DNA from: a virus
Virus record (IMG/VR): IMGVR_UViG_3300041964_000082
Location: 30,715 to 94,714 of that record
Direction: 5' to 3' (one strand)
Length of the DNA: 64,000 bases
In this document: in pieces, positions 1 through 10,893 of the stretch
Layout of the letters: each line of letters opens with the position of its first letter
How positions within the stretch are numbered: position 1 is the stretch's first letter
Program-made: the position numbers and the translations under genes
Notes under the pieces: model-generated
What the model saw: the letters and a program-made list of their open reading frames with translations, nothing else
Told to the model about the DNA's origin: nothing
Database searches by the model: none

Positions 1-2191
1 CACGCAACAACGTGTGTATATTGTCGCAAGCGCCAATTAAGGCGCTATTCCCTGCAATCTTTTCCAGGTTTCCTGCTTCTTTGTTTTTGTTGAAGTGATG
101 GATCAAGTAACCCGACACTTTCAACATTGAGAGTCTGGATTGAAGGTCGTAGACAGGGGCAGCAAACGCCTGTGAATTTTCATCGCACCCCGTCGATTTG
201 CTCGCCATTCGTAAGGAGTCGATCATCACAATGTCGGCGCGATGTTCAACAATCCACTGCTCTAGCGTGTCGAGGTCATCGATCGACCACTGTCGCTCAA
301 CCCGCAAGCTACCTGCTAAAAGCACCTCTGGGTCATAGAGAACATTTACGCAATCAAGGTTGTCTCGGATTTGCTCTTCGTTTTCCTCAAGCTGAACCAG
401 CAACACACGCGCCTTGGTTGTTGGTGTCTGCCCTAAGAACGGCTTGCCAGTCAGCAGTGAAGCGACTTTTTCATACATCAGCGTCGATTTACCGTCTTTG
501 GCAAATCCAGCAAGCATCGTCAGCCCGACCTTAGGTGTAAATCGAGGAATGAGCCAGCGCGTACCTGATGACTCAAGATTTATGAGGTCTTGAAGGCTGT
601 ATGACGTTTTAGCGGTGTTGTGCCGCTTGCTGATTTCGGTCACAATGCGCCGAACAAGCGCCATAGGCACAGAAAATTTAGAAGAGACACGGATCAGCGT
701 TAGCTCTTTTTCAAGCGGGTCACTGTGCAATAGAGCGTCGGTAATCGCTAGCCGCAATTCGGCGTAGCCATTGTCCTGCGATACCGTGGACTCGATCGCC
801 TGCTTCGTCGTCTTGGCAGCAGCAACCGGCGTTAGAACCTCTGTCAAAATTGGCTTCGAGATTTTAACGCCGGTCTGCTCTTGCAGCGTCGGCCAGAAAA
901 ATACGTCCAACTCTGGCTGATTGTGTTCACCGATCGATTGGGAAAACTCGCTAGCCGCATCCATGACGGCTTGCAACTTGGCATCGGTGAGCGGCAAGCC
1001 CTGCTCCTCGACTAGCTTTTGTGCTTCAAACCGCAGACCATGCACCCGCCCGTCGATGTGCGATCGCCAAGCGTCCATGCCGTTTGCGATCACAAATTCA
1101 TCGGGGTCGAGTTTGTCGGCAGCACCGGGGCGCAGTAGGTTTTGATGCCTGCCGCTGCCAAGTGCTTGATTCCATCTCTAGTGCCTTTGTCACCGGCTCC
1201 ATCCGGGTCAAGGCAGAATGTGACTGACTGCACCCGACGCTTGACTAAGGTTTCGATCTGGTCTTGAGACGGGTTAGCTGCCACCCATGCCACAACGCGG
1301 CTATCGCCTCTGGCTTGCAGTAGAGCGGCATCGAATACGCCTTCGACGACTACCAGATCGCGATGATTGTCTGCCAGCGCCCGATCGAGGTAGAGGGGCG
1401 ATCGCTTAGAGCGCAGCCACACCTCGTCGCCGGTTCCAGGGTTGCGCAGAGCAGTTGTTTTGGGCTTGCCTTGGGGCGGCGTTTTGGTGTGGTAGCGACC
1501 GTAGATTGTGAGCGGTCTGCCGTTTTCGTCTGCCCAAGGGATCGTGATATAGCCTTCAAGCGGGGCATAGTAGCCACCCTTTGGTGTGCCATGCTCATCA
1601 CGATTCGATAGAGGATGCCGTTTTCCTCTAGATCTTCGATCGAGAACACTTGCAGCAGATGAGCAGCAGCGCGATCGGCAGATGGGAAAATGCCCAAGCC
1701 TAGATCTTCGATGTCTAGCGCTGTAAAGCCGCGCTCATCCGTCAGATAGGCGATCGCTTTTTTGCTCTCGCTCAGCAGCAGATTGTGGCAGTAGGTGGCG
1801 ACAGTTTCCAGCAGGTTGCGCCGGTTATCAACCTTCTGCATCTGCATCTTTTGTTCTGGCGTCATTTCCCGCTCTGGGAATTCAACCCCAGCGGTTTCGC
1901 CTAAGAATTTGGCAGCTTCAATAAAGCTTTGCCGCGTGGCGAACCGTTGCCGCCCATGACCTGGTGTAGGTATTGGATCGGTGTGCCGCCTACTTCACAC
2001 TGAGGGCAGCGCCACATCAGCGAATCGGGATTCATATAGAACGATGTGCCGCTCTTAGAATCGTGCCAAGGGCACTTACCGCGCCAGCGTCCTTTCGATT
2101 TGTGCCAGTCATGCTGGAATAGACCTTCGTAGATCTGTTCAGGCTGTAAGCGGCTGTAGACGGCTTGCAGAAATGTGTCGATCGGATTCAT
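1..2191 (-). CDS. DNA primase-helicase fusion (CHC2 Zn finger, TOPRIM, AAA_25/RepA-like helicase); frameshifted, runs off the left edge
   Basis: CPWHD...WRCPQC zinc finger (1901-2191); TOPRIM VVVEGVFDA...FCLDPDGAG (1090-1422); Walker A LAGFAKDGKST (~483-515), Walker B IVMIDSL (~210-230) and LIHHFNK (~88-107), read by hand on the minus strand. Confidence 0.85.
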
Positions 2192-2721
2192 TACGCCGCC
2201 CTCCGTACTGCTTTGCTGTAAGCACATCTTCCGTATTCACCGGTTAGTCGAAGCTCTGTCGGTCGCTGCACTTGTTGCAAAATCCATTCGGCGTTGATCG
2301 TGTATGTTTCAACGTCGAGACGGTTAAGAACTCCTGCTTTGTATTCAGTAACGGGGTGTTTGTGGACAACCTCAAAGGCGTAAATAATGCTGCCCTTGTG
2401 CTGAATGGCAACGTCAAAAATGATGTCCGGTCGATCGCCTGCTTTGACTAGCTGCTCAAAAGTTGGAACTGTACCCCAGTGCGTTTCATCCCAAGCGTGA
2501 ACATAGCCACCCCATTCAACAGATTTAGAAACCGGATACTCCTCAAAGATCCCCCACGTAGGTTCTCCTCGATTTGTGCGCCAAGAGATATCACCGATGC
2601 GGGCGTAGGTGTCATTGTCTTTGTAGGCAGCTTCTCCGAGTTCTCGAAGCCACTGCGTTAGCGTTTGCTTGGCGAATTTGTGCTTGTAGCTTTCAACCGA
2701 TCGATTTTCAGGAGTTGTCAT
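2191..2721 (-). CDS. Hypothetical protein, possible CoiA-like PD-(D/E)XK nuclease
   Basis: PDIIFDVAI...YAFEVVHKH motif; stop overlaps the primase start. Confidence 0.45.
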   Translation of the reverse strand: MTTPENRSVESYKHKFAKQTLTQWLRELGEAAYKDNDTYARIGDISWRTNRGEPTWGIFEEYPVSKSVEWGGYVHAWDETHWGTVPTFEQLVKAGDRPDIIFDVAIQHKGSIIYAFEVVHKHPVTEYKAGVLNRLDVETYTINAEWILQQVQRPTELRLTGEYGRCAYSKAVRRAA

Positions 2722-2723
2722 GA

Positions 2724-3148
2724 CTAGGCGACCTCCTGTACTTGCTCGATCGAGTTCAGCCGACCGATTGGGCCCGTCTTCTGCAAAACTTCCCAGTTGT
2801 ATCGGACGATCGCTTCTTCCAGCGTCTTGAACGACCCCAGCCGCTTCGTCTCACCGTTGGCTCGAAACTTGGCGACGTAAAATTCGCCCTCTTTCGAGAT
2901 GCCCTTGTGCGCGATCGCTTCCCTCTGCGCGGCGGATGGTTCTGCACGTTCTCCGCATGGGTCACAACTCTGAGATTGCAGATCCATCGGTTATCCAGCG
3001 TGTCGCCATTGCCATGATCGATCTGCTTGCCGCGTGTGCTAACGCCGTGCAGTTGAGCGATCTCTTCGTGCAGTCTGGGCGCTGTGTGGCGATCGACTCT
3101 GCGGCGGGCGTAGACAAGCTGTGATTTGTCTGGGCGCGTCCGGTTCAC
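2724..3148 (-). CDS. HNH endonuclease with AP2 domain (frameshifted)
   Basis: RLHEEI...IDHGNGDTLDNRWICNLRVVTHAEN, then HKGISKEGEFYVAKFRANGETKRLGSFKTLEEA in the adjacent frame. Confidence 0.85.
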
Positions 3149-3411
3149 ATCTGCGTAGTATTTCCGCCCTGCAGCTTGAGCGCGTCCTCTTGATGCACGA
3201 TCGCCTCCAGTCCTTTCGACAGCGGCAGGCGGGCGATCGGGCGACCGCAGGTGCAGTATTCGGTTTTCTGGGCATTAGAGCGATCGATTGTACCAACCGA
3301 ATTTGGTACAGTTCTGTGTAAAGTTTGCATGACCATTGTTTGCTTCTGTGTAGGCGTGGTCGGGGCGATCGCTGTCCGTGGAAAGTCAAGCGATCGCCTT
3401 TTGGTTTGGAT

Positions 3412-4176
3412 TTAGAACGGCGACTCTGATGGGTCGCTAGATACGTCAATGAGTTCTGCTGTCGTTGGGGCGTTGTAGATTTCGGGCTGCGAAGAATCGT
3501 CAGCGATTTCGCAGATTTCGTCGTAGCGATCGACCGTGATGTCGTAGAACGACTCAAAGCCCAAAACCCGATAGGCAGTCTACGCACACCCTCTGCTGTG
3601 AACCCTGATTTCTTCGCGATCGCCCACAAGCGCTTGCCCTGCTTCTCGCTGATTACGGCAGGCTTGCCAGCTTCAAAAGCTGCTGCACCCATTTGCGCGT
3701 TTGGGATTGTTTCGACCTCTGTCTCGTCGAGCATTCCTAGCCCGCACATTGACAGAGTGACGCGCCGCTTAGCCTTTAGAAATAGCTTTAAGGATGGCAT
3801 TGGCTCTCGCTTCACCTTGCAGGCTTCCAAGCGCTACAGCGCCGATATCGCTGTCTTCTCGACCATGACGATCGCGAGCAGTTACGGTGACAACGACAAG
3901 ACCATCCTCAAACTGAATCTCAGGCTTGGTGATAGAAATGTGATTGATTTTGCGTAGCTGGTCAGTCGCGCCTTTAAGTGCGTACAGGGTTAGCTTTCCA
4001 TTTAGTTTCAAGTAGCTAAATGGCTGTGTTAGTGGGTTCAATCCGACCGATTCGCACACCTGCATGTAGTAGCTGATGCGTTCCGGTTCCGACAGTCTAG
4101 ACAGGTCATTTTCAAGCAATACCTTTTCAATTGCTGCGGCTTTGTCGGTGTCGTGGCTAACAGTAATTGCGGTCAT
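3412..4176 (-). CDS. Phage single-strand annealing/recombination protein (Rad52/Sak/Bet-like); frameshifted
   Basis: DLSRLSEPERISYY...GLNPLTQPF...ANAILKAISKAKRRVTLSMCGLGMLDETEVE, assembled from ORFs 3769-4176 and 3039-3830. Confidence 0.75.
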
Positions 4177-4608
4177 TATGTTTCTCCTGAGAAGTGAATT
4201 TTGAACTTAGGCTGCGTCGTCGCCAGTTGGGGCTGTCACTCGATCGCCCCGCTGATGGTGTGGCAGAGGCGCGATCGCTGGGCGGTGCTGGCGTGGGATG
4301 CGATCGCGCAGCTTTCGGTGCTGATCTAGGCTGATTACTTTCATGGTGGTATGTGGTGAAGGTGTGCAGAGGGCGGCAGAACACCGCCCGCAAATCTAGA
4401 ACGGTGTGCCAACTCGATCGACCCTGCGAACGATCGCGCCGGGAATCTGTCGCCAAACTTCGAGGATTGTCTCTAGCGGCGAATCTTTGTGCATGAGGAT
4501 GTCTGCAACCTGTGCCGTGCGATCGTCTGGATTCGGCCAGAACTCCACACGGAAGGCGATCGGATTGCGGCAACTGAGAGCGTTTAGAGAGGAGAGGTAG
4601 CGTGTCAT

Positions 4609-5583
4609 CTATGCCACCTCCTGGGAGTGGAGTTGCAAAACTCGCTGGAGTGCGATCGCTGCTACTTGTGGGACTACTGAGTTGCCGAGTCCTTTAATGC
4701 GGTGTGTCCGATCGGGTATCCCATGAGCCACTCGCAAAACGCTGGATTCAGTTGCCCAAGGGTTTGATCGCCCGCTTCGTGGCGAAGATAGTCGATGATG
4801 TGTTTCTGTTTGTTGGAGTTCCAGCGCTCCTTTGACGCACAACCCCTGATCCCATCGTTGGCGTCCAGTGTCGGCATTAGCCCCATTGCTTTCGCCTTCT
4901 TCGTGTTGCTGCTGCCGCCAAAAGGATTTCTCTGGCTGGTTAGCGTTGGCATTAGCTTCACAAATCTGGCTAGCGACACACTGCCATCTACTCCGTTGTT
5001 GCTGATCTTGCGAGGCTTTCCACTCTTGAGCCAATAAATTTGTGTATTCTCGTTCAGAATTGCCCCCATTGTTCCGTCTGATGCGGTGACAGTTGGTAGC
5101 AACGATGAAGACTCTTTCGCGTAAATGAGGCGCACCCACTGACGCCGCTGAAATAGTCTGCCATTCCGCATCGTACCCGCCTTGGGAAAGCTCCCAGAGA
5201 ACGGTTCCCATAATGCGACCTCGCTGTTTCCGAAGCATCTCTGCGACGTTTTCCAGTACGAGGTAACGGGGTCTGCACTCGCGAACGATTCGCATGAGTT
5301 CAAAGAAGAGTCCAGACCGTTCACCTTCCAGTCCTCGCCCGTTGGGGTTGGCGCATGAAATGTCCTGACAGGGAAAACCTCCGGTGATGAGATCGAAATC
5401 TCCAGGCTTAGCTGAGTAGGTTCTGATGTCGTCATGGATGGGGATTCCAGGGAAATTCTTAGCTAGAACCTTTTGGCAGTAGGGATCGATTTCCACGAAT
5501 TGCCGTGTCTCAATTCCTCCGACCATTTGAGCGGCAAGGGAAAAACCGCCAATACCTGAGAACAGATCAAGATGTTGCAGCAT
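4609..5583 (-). CDS. C5-cytosine DNA methyltransferase, alpha polypeptide
   Basis: Motif I LDLFSGIGG, IV GFPCQDIS, VI LENV, VIII PHLRERVFIV, X GLGNSVVP; no motif IX in this frame. Confidence 0.92.
   Translation of the reverse strand: MLQHLDLFSGIGGFSLAAQMVGGIETRQFVEIDPYCQKVLAKNFPGIPIHDDIRTYSAKPGDFDLITGGFPCQDISCANPNGRGLEGERSGLFFELMRIVRECRPRYLVLENVAEMLRKQRGRIMGTVLWELSQGGYDAEWQTISAASVGAPHLRERVFIVATNCHRIRRNNGGNSEREYTNLLAQEWKASQDQQQRSRWQCVASQICEANANANQPEKSFWRQQQHEEGESNGANADTGRQRWDQGLCVKGALELQQTETHHRLSSPRSGRSNPWATESSVLRVAHGIPDRTHRIKGLGNSVVPQVAAIALQRVLQLHSQEVA
4674..5435 (-). CDS. C5-methyltransferase beta polypeptide in an overlapping alternative frame (motif IX/TRD)
   Basis: 253-codon nested ORF ending LNPAFCEWLMGYP (motif IX) with repeated PT(V/L)(T/D)xxx TRD-like units; same layout as M.EcoHK31I. 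Confidence 0.8.
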   Translation of the reverse strand: MTTSEPTQLSLEISISSPEVFPVRTFHAPTPTGEDWKVNGLDSSLNSCESFASADPVTSYWKTSQRCFGNSEVALWEPFSGSFPKAGTMRNGRLFQRRQWVRLIYAKESSSLLPTVTASDGTMGAILNENTQIYWLKSGKPRKISNNGVDGSVSLARFVKLMPTLTSQRNPFGGSSNTKKAKAMGLMPTLDANDGIRGCASKERWNSNKQKHIIDYLRHEAGDQTLGQLNPAFCEWLMGYPIGHTALKDSATQ

Positions 5584-6052
5584 CGATCGCCTCCTTCACC
5601 TGCTGAGTTGCTTCGCCCTCTGTTTTGCACTCCTCGCTTTCAAAGCGATCGGTATGGGCAACGTAGAGCGGGTAGGGGGCGAACCCCCCATCTGCATCTA
5701 TGTTCTGTGTGGTGTGAATTTCGATCGTGTAGCCCTTGTAGGTGAGTGACATCTACGCCACCCCCTGCGCTGCTACAGGCTTGCCAGCGTCTTTCCATCC
5801 AGCGTTGTAAGCCCACTGATAGGACACGCCGATCGAGCGCTTGGTGCGTCCTGATGTGCGATCGTCTTTGCCCTGCTGATAGGCGCGATCGACTTGGTTC
5901 TGTAGATGAATGGCGCTGTGAGAAGTGTTGTACGAGGCGTTTACCTCATGCTCCAGCGGTTGACGTGCCATAGTGTAGTTACCTCTGTTTGGGGTGCTCA
6001 CCTGCTGCGTCGTGGAAAACTGGCGGGTGAGCTTTTGCTTTGTTACCCCTCT

Positions 6053-6100
6053 ATTATGACGCGATACTAGTATCCTGTCAACAGCTAGACAGTATCGCGT
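6053..6100 (-). promoter_or_regulatory. Sigma70-type leftward promoter overlapped by an inverted-repeat operator
   Basis: Minus strand TTGACA-N17-CATAAT (6081-6053); inverted repeat ACGCGATACT (6059-6068)/AGTATCGCGT (6091-6100); divergent from the HTH gene at 6135. Confidence 0.7.
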
Positions 6101-6134
6101 TATCGTGCTATCTTGAGATGGTACGATAGGGGCT

Positions 6135-6371
6135 ATGAAGATGAGATGCAAACTACCTGAACTGATGAAGGCGCGAAACCTTGACCAGAAGACTCTTGCC
6201 GCTGAGACGGGCTTGAGTCCTACAACCGTAGGGAAGTTGTACCGCAGCCATTTCGATCGCATTGACAACCACACAGTTACAACGCTGTGCAAATATTTCG
6301 GATTGCGGACGCTTGATAGCTTGATCGAGTTGGTTTGGGAAAGTGGTGACACAGAAGGACGGCAAGCATGA
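6135..6371 (+). CDS. Cro/CI-type HTH (HTH_26-like) regulator
   Basis: LPELMKARNLDQKTLAAETGLSPTTVGKLY...LCKYFG. Confidence 0.88.
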   Translation: MKMRCKLPELMKARNLDQKTLAAETGLSPTTVGKLYRSHFDRIDNHTVTTLCKYFGLRTLDSLIELVWESGDTEGRQA

Positions 6372-6949
6372 CTCTCACAACCATCGACCCATTGACCTTG
6401 CCGTCTATCCCGCTGTCCGATCGTCGAAATCTGCCTGAATCGGCTGGAATCTATTTCGCAATCGCTGCTGATGGCTCGATTCAATACATCGGCAGGGCAA
6501 AGAACTTTAGAGCTAGATGGGGTTCTCATCACAGGCTTAAAAAGTTGGCAGAAATCGAAAGCGTAAAGATTGCTTGGCTTGAGGTTTCTGATTTGCTGCT
6601 GTTGCCCGAAATTGAGTCTTTGCTGATTGCTCATTTCCAACCGCCTTTTAACAAGGAATATGAGGTAAGGTTCAAACCGTCTGGCTTGACTGCTGCTTCT
6701 CTTCCGTGCGCAACTTCTTTTAGAAAATTCACTCCGACAGGGTGGCGACTTCGAGCGCTAATGGCTGAAAAGCGGATAACAAACCAGCAGCTAGCCGATC
6801 GATTGCAAGAAATTACAGGCAAGCCAAGGCATCGCCAAACTATTACTCGCTGGCGCAACGCTGATACGATGCCACTGCTCGACGGCAAAGATTTAGACGC
6901 ATTGCAGCAAATCCTTGAATGCTCTCGCGACGACCTGTTAGGAGACTGA
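6368..6949 (+). CDS. GIY-YIG domain fused to a C-terminal HTH
   Basis: AGIYFAI...QYIGRAKNFRARW...PPFN, then LRALMAEKRITNQQLADRL...QTITRW. Confidence 0.82.
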   Translation: MTLTTIDPLTLPSIPLSDRRNLPESAGIYFAIAADGSIQYIGRAKNFRARWGSHHRLKKLAEIESVKIAWLEVSDLLLLPEIESLLIAHFQPPFNKEYEVRFKPSGLTAASLPCATSFRKFTPTGWRLRALMAEKRITNQQLADRLQEITGKPRHRQTITRWRNADTMPLLDGKDLDALQQILECSRDDLLGD

Positions 6950-7545
6950 GTAATACCGATCGATCGATCAGTATTTGTAGAATTTTGAATAAAGCTCACC
7001 ATGTCGTTTCTTATCTCAATCGGAAGATGGGGCGGAATTTATTGGTCTAGCGGGTACACAAAGCGGCTGTGCTTGGGGTGGATTGCGTTCACCTTTATTC
7101 CGATGGATGATGATTTCCTGCGTCCTCGCGATGGACAAGAAAATATTCAAAACTAGGAACGCGATCGACCACCAGAGCAGGACGCGATTCGCTGTAGTTG
7201 GCGTTTGCAGAAATTTGAATAGGAGCGATTCTTGTGAAATTCGTCATGAGTAAAACGTCCGATCAAAAGAACAAATATGAGCAGGAGTTTTCTTCTTTCG
7301 AGGAGCTTATAGCTTGGGCGAAACAGCAATATGCTCGCGTAGACGGTCAAGTTGAGATCATCCTTAAAGTGCCTGTACCAAGAGAAGGAGTGCCTTTCAT
7401 TGAGGTGCAGCCAGAGTTGGAAATTCATGACGACTGCCGAGATCTTGGGTGGTAGGAAAGCGATCGCCGCGTGAACAGGGACAGCGATCGCAGTTTGTGT
7501 AGTTGCTGATAGAAATTTGCATAACAGTGCCGTCTAAAAAGCTGT

Positions 7546-8019
7546 CTACTGGAGGCGATAGGGGTATCCATTGGTGCGTCCGTCATAGATGCCGCAACCT
7601 GCATTTCTCAGGTATTCCGTCATGCTCCGAAGCGTTGCAGTGTCAACCGTTAGAGTCGATCGCCCCTGATCCACCTGCTCTCGATCGATTCCCGCAGCCT
7701 TTGCGATCGCTGTTAGCAACTCCTCAAGCGCTTCGCGGTTCTCTCGGTGGGTTAATCCCTTTGCTAGTGCCAGTTGGAAGGTTCGCAGCGGCAGCGTTAG
7801 TTCGATCGTTGTTGGTTTCAGTGCTTCGTCTGCCTCGAATTCTGCGCAGGGTATCAGCACAGAAGAAAACAGGTTTAGCCGCTCTTGGCTGTCAATTTCT
7901 AATCTTTTCGACGCTTCCCAGTAGGGAGCATTAACAGCACAGCCGCGATCGGCGTTGTATTTGCAGTTTTTACAGATTGGTGGGGTCATAGTTTCAGGTG
8001 GTGATTTGGTTTCTTGCAT
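7546..8019 (-). CDS. Hypothetical protein with an N-terminal Cys motif
   Basis: CKNCKYN...CAVN...CAEFE; coupled to the MTase stop. Confidence 0.55.
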   Translation of the reverse strand: MQETKSPPETMTPPICKNCKYNADRGCAVNAPYWEASKRLEIDSQERLNLFSSVLIPCAEFEADEALKPTTIELTLPLRTFQLALAKGLTHRENREALEELLTAIAKAAGIDREQVDQGRSTLTVDTATLRSMTEYLRNAGCGIYDGRTNGYPYRLQ

Positions 8020-9161
8020 TACGCTGTTGCCTCCTGTAGGTTAAAAATAGTGAGTTGCTGGCAGCCGTCCGCAACCTTGAGCAGCTTGGGTTTGCTGACT
8101 CCAGGCGCGTGTTTTTCTAGCCATTCTTCGCGCTCTTGCTCAGAAGGCAAATACTTAAAATGTCCTAGCCGCTGGCAGCATCGACTAATCCAGTGCGGAT
8201 CAATTTCAATGCCGATCGCCTGCCTGCCTAAGCTTTTCGCAGCGATCAGTGTTGAGCCTGATCCGGCAAAGCAATCGAGTACGACAGCGTTCGATCGAGT
8301 GGACGCGCTAATGATGTGTTGCAGCAGTTCTAGCGGCTTTTCGCAGGGGTGCTTACCTGGATATGCGCCAACGGTCGGAAATGTCCAAACATCGGTGTAT
8401 GGCACGTCAGCAGTGACAGAGAAGGGGCGGCGTAGCGATTCGTATTCTTGGCGTAGCGATTCGTATTCTTGGCGTAGCGATTCGTAGCTGCGTTCAAAGT
8501 AGCCGGGGAATGCTAGCTGGAGTTTTGCGTAGTGTTCTGGTGTTGGACAGTTCTTACCCTTCTCCCAGTTAGAGCAAGCACCCCCATGATTTACAGTGCC
8601 GTATGCCCCTACAACCTCGGTTAACTGCTTCGATGACAGCTTATGCTCCGCTCTAATTTGTTTAATGTAGTTACCCCAAACCGCTTGCGCTGCTTCGTCG
8701 CATTTAGACCAGTAACCGCTTTCATCTTTTGCGCCTTCATCAGATCCATAGTGTTCGCAAAAAATAATAGATTCCGTGTTAGGCAGAAACGATCGAACCT
8801 GCTCTTTGTCTGCACACCAATTTCTATTCCCGTTGGACTTGTACCAGCGGATGCTATTCAGCACATTAAATCGATCGCCCAACATCACCTCAACTCTTGC
8901 TGCCATTCTCGGAGAGGCAAAACAGTAGAGCGAGCCATTCGGCCTTAGCAGTCTTTGCCACTGCTCAGCGACTTTATCTAGCCAAGACAGGAAAGCTGCG
9001 GGCTTCTCCCACTGACAATCCCACCATTCATCTTTTTTCACCTGAAAAAAAGGTGGATCTGTGAGGATTAGATCGACACTGCTATCAGGCAGCGATCGCA
9101 TTACTGCCAAGCAATCGCCCTGGTACAAGCTGATTTGTGGTGTTTCAAAGCACGGTTTCAT
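8019..9161 (-). CDS. Beta-class N6-adenine/N4-cytosine DNA methyltransferase with an internal HTH insertion
   Basis: DLILTDPPF, HPCEKP, VLDCFAGSGST; HTH-like insert followed by (YESLRQE)n. Confidence 0.92.
   Translation of the reverse strand: MKPCFETPQISLYQGDCLAVMRSLPDSSVDLILTDPPFFQVKKDEWWDCQWEKPAAFLSWLDKVAEQWQRLLRPNGSLYCFASPRMAARVEVMLGDRFNVLNSIRWYKSNGNRNWCADKEQVRSFLPNTESIIFCEHYGSDEGAKDESGYWSKCDEAAQAVWGNYIKQIRAEHKLSSKQLTEVVGAYGTVNHGGACSNWEKGKNCPTPEHYAKLQLAFPGYFERSYESLRQEYESLRQEYESLRRPFSVTADVPYTDVWTFPTVGAYPGKHPCEKPLELLQHIISASTRSNAVVLDCFAGSGSTLIAAKSLGRQAIGIEIDPHWISRCCQRLGHFKYLPSEQEREEWLEKHAPGVSKPKLLKVADGCQQLTIFNLQEATA
8429..8487. repeat. 21-bp tandem repeat (~2.8 copies) encoding YESLRQE heptads in the MTase
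   Basis: ggcgtagcgattcgtattctt repeated in tandem. Confidence 0.9.
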
Positions 9162-9918
9162 CGTTTGCTTTAGATGGTGATTGGTGGGCGGCGATCGCCC
9201 CTCTTTCCTGAAGCGATCGCCTGTCTGCTGTTAGTGGGCAGCAGATTGTTTATTGCGGTAGATCTCCTGTAGCTTGGTTGCCACTAGAAACAGCCAAGCG
9301 GAACTGACGAAAAATGCGAGAGCCAATTTCAAGAGCATTTCTGTACCTCCTCAAGAGTTTCAGGCGGTGAAACAGCACCCGCAACGCCTGCTCGCTCCCA
9401 AGCGTGTACTCGCCCTAGCACTTCCTGACGTGCCAGCAGCAGAGCATCGATCGCTTGTCGAGATTGCTTCAGCAGAGCGATGTAGGACTGGCAGTCAGGC
9501 GTAATTGCTGAGTTTGCTGCCGATCGTTCAACTGCAACGATTTGAATTCGTAGTTCGTGAATGGGGTGAAGGTCGATCGACATCTATTTACCTCCTAGAG
9601 CAAAAGTGTTGTTGTAGATATCACTCACACGCTGAGCTGTGACGATCGCTGCATGATGCCGCCCCAACTGAACGCTTAAACTCCTGTTTCTGGACTGGAG
9701 ATCGTTGTTTCTGGCTTGTAAATCGCTGTTCTCATCCAGCAGATTTCCACAGAGAGATTTGACCGCGGGCTGTAGTTTTGCTGATATCTGCTGACGGTGA
9801 TCGGGGTTTGGTTCTGCTGCGAGTTGAGCGATCGCCTCGCAGATTAGGCGTTGCGCTTCTTCAACAAATTCAGCTTGCATAGAATCTCCTTGCAGTAAAT
9901 TAGGCGGCTGGCTAATCG

Positions 9919-10893
9919 TCACGCTGCATTGCTCCTTTCAGCTCGCTCCAGTTCTCGATCGCACAGTTGCTCGATCGCCTTCTGCGCTCGTTTTTTCAGC
10001 TTCGGTCGAAGTTCGAGCGCTTCATTTGGCGCGTTGGCGCGAAGAACTAGCTCAGAGAGGGTGAATGGCTGATCGGCTGCAATCAACTCGTCTAGAGCCT
10101 TTTGCAAACGAACTACCAAATCAGCCCATTGCTCCTGGGTGTAATAGCGGCGGGCGTGGAAGTGTCCAGTCGTGAGCAATCGCCCTTCCTGCACTAAGCC
10201 TGACAAGGTACACGAAAAGCTTCTCTGAGGCAGATCGGGGTCAAGTTCTTTGATGTCACTGGCAAGCAATCCACCGCCAGATTCTTCGACCATCTGCATT
10301 ACGCGGTCTTTGTTGGTGAACCGTCTTTTTGTTAAGCTGTGTGCCTTTATAGGCTTGCTGCTGTAGATGTAGTGATGACTCTTTTTGGCGCGATCGCGGT
10401 AGATCTGCCCCTCTTGCGCCAGTACAGTCAAAAACTGTGTCAGTGATGCAGGCGGTAAGATGCCTTCTTTCCGGCAGCGCGAAGTCAGAGTGGCGGTAGT
10501 GCCTGTACCAAACCGCTTAACGATCTGCAGCGTCTGATCCTTTTCGTCGTCCTCGCTGATAGGTTGCAGTGGCGGTCGTTCGATCGTGAGCCGTGCAGAC
10601 TTTGCCGCTAAGTCAGGAAGAACAATTTTTAACTTGCCACCGCAACCGTCATTTACCAGGTCAAAGCACGATCGACACAAGAACCGAGTATTCCACTGAT
10701 GCCCGTGATCAGTCTCGGTGACGATCTTTGCTGCGGCAGACTTGAAATCAGGCAGGCCACAGTAACGGCATAGTGCGCAGCTTTGATATGGCTGAGCGAC
10801 CGCGAACTTGTGAATAGTGCTGTAGGTGCGATCGATCTTGGCGGCAGTAATCCACCCATTCAGGGCTTGAGCAGGATTGCGGGGTTTCATCAA
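9919..10893 (-). CDS. Hypothetical protein with Zn-binding Cys pairs and probable winged-helix repeats
   Basis: CRYC...CRSC; two segments ending L..L.QEG(Q/R)(I/L). Confidence 0.55.
   Translation of the reverse strand: MMKPRNPAQALNGWITAAKIDRTYSTIHKFAVAQPYQSCALCRYCGLPDFKSAAAKIVTETDHGHQWNTRFLCRSCFDLVNDGCGGKLKIVLPDLAAKSARLTIERPPLQPISEDDEKDQTLQIVKRFGTGTTATLTSRCRKEGILPPASLTQFLTVLAQEGQIYRDRAKKSHHYIYSSKPIKAHSLTKRRFTNKDRVMQMVEESGGGLLASDIKELDPDLPQRSFSCTLSGLVQEGRLLTTGHFHARRYYTQEQWADLVVRLQKALDELIAADQPFTLSELVLRANAPNEALELRPKLKKRAQKAIEQLCDRELERAERSNAA

Noticed and set aside
5753-6640. 295-aa minus-strand ORF
   Set aside because: Mostly antisense shadow of the HTH/GIY-YIG genes; only the part from ATG 5971 is plausible
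8429-8487. Possible CRISPR-like repeat
   Set aside because: Spacerless in-frame 21-bp tandem repeat encoding a heptad in the MTase
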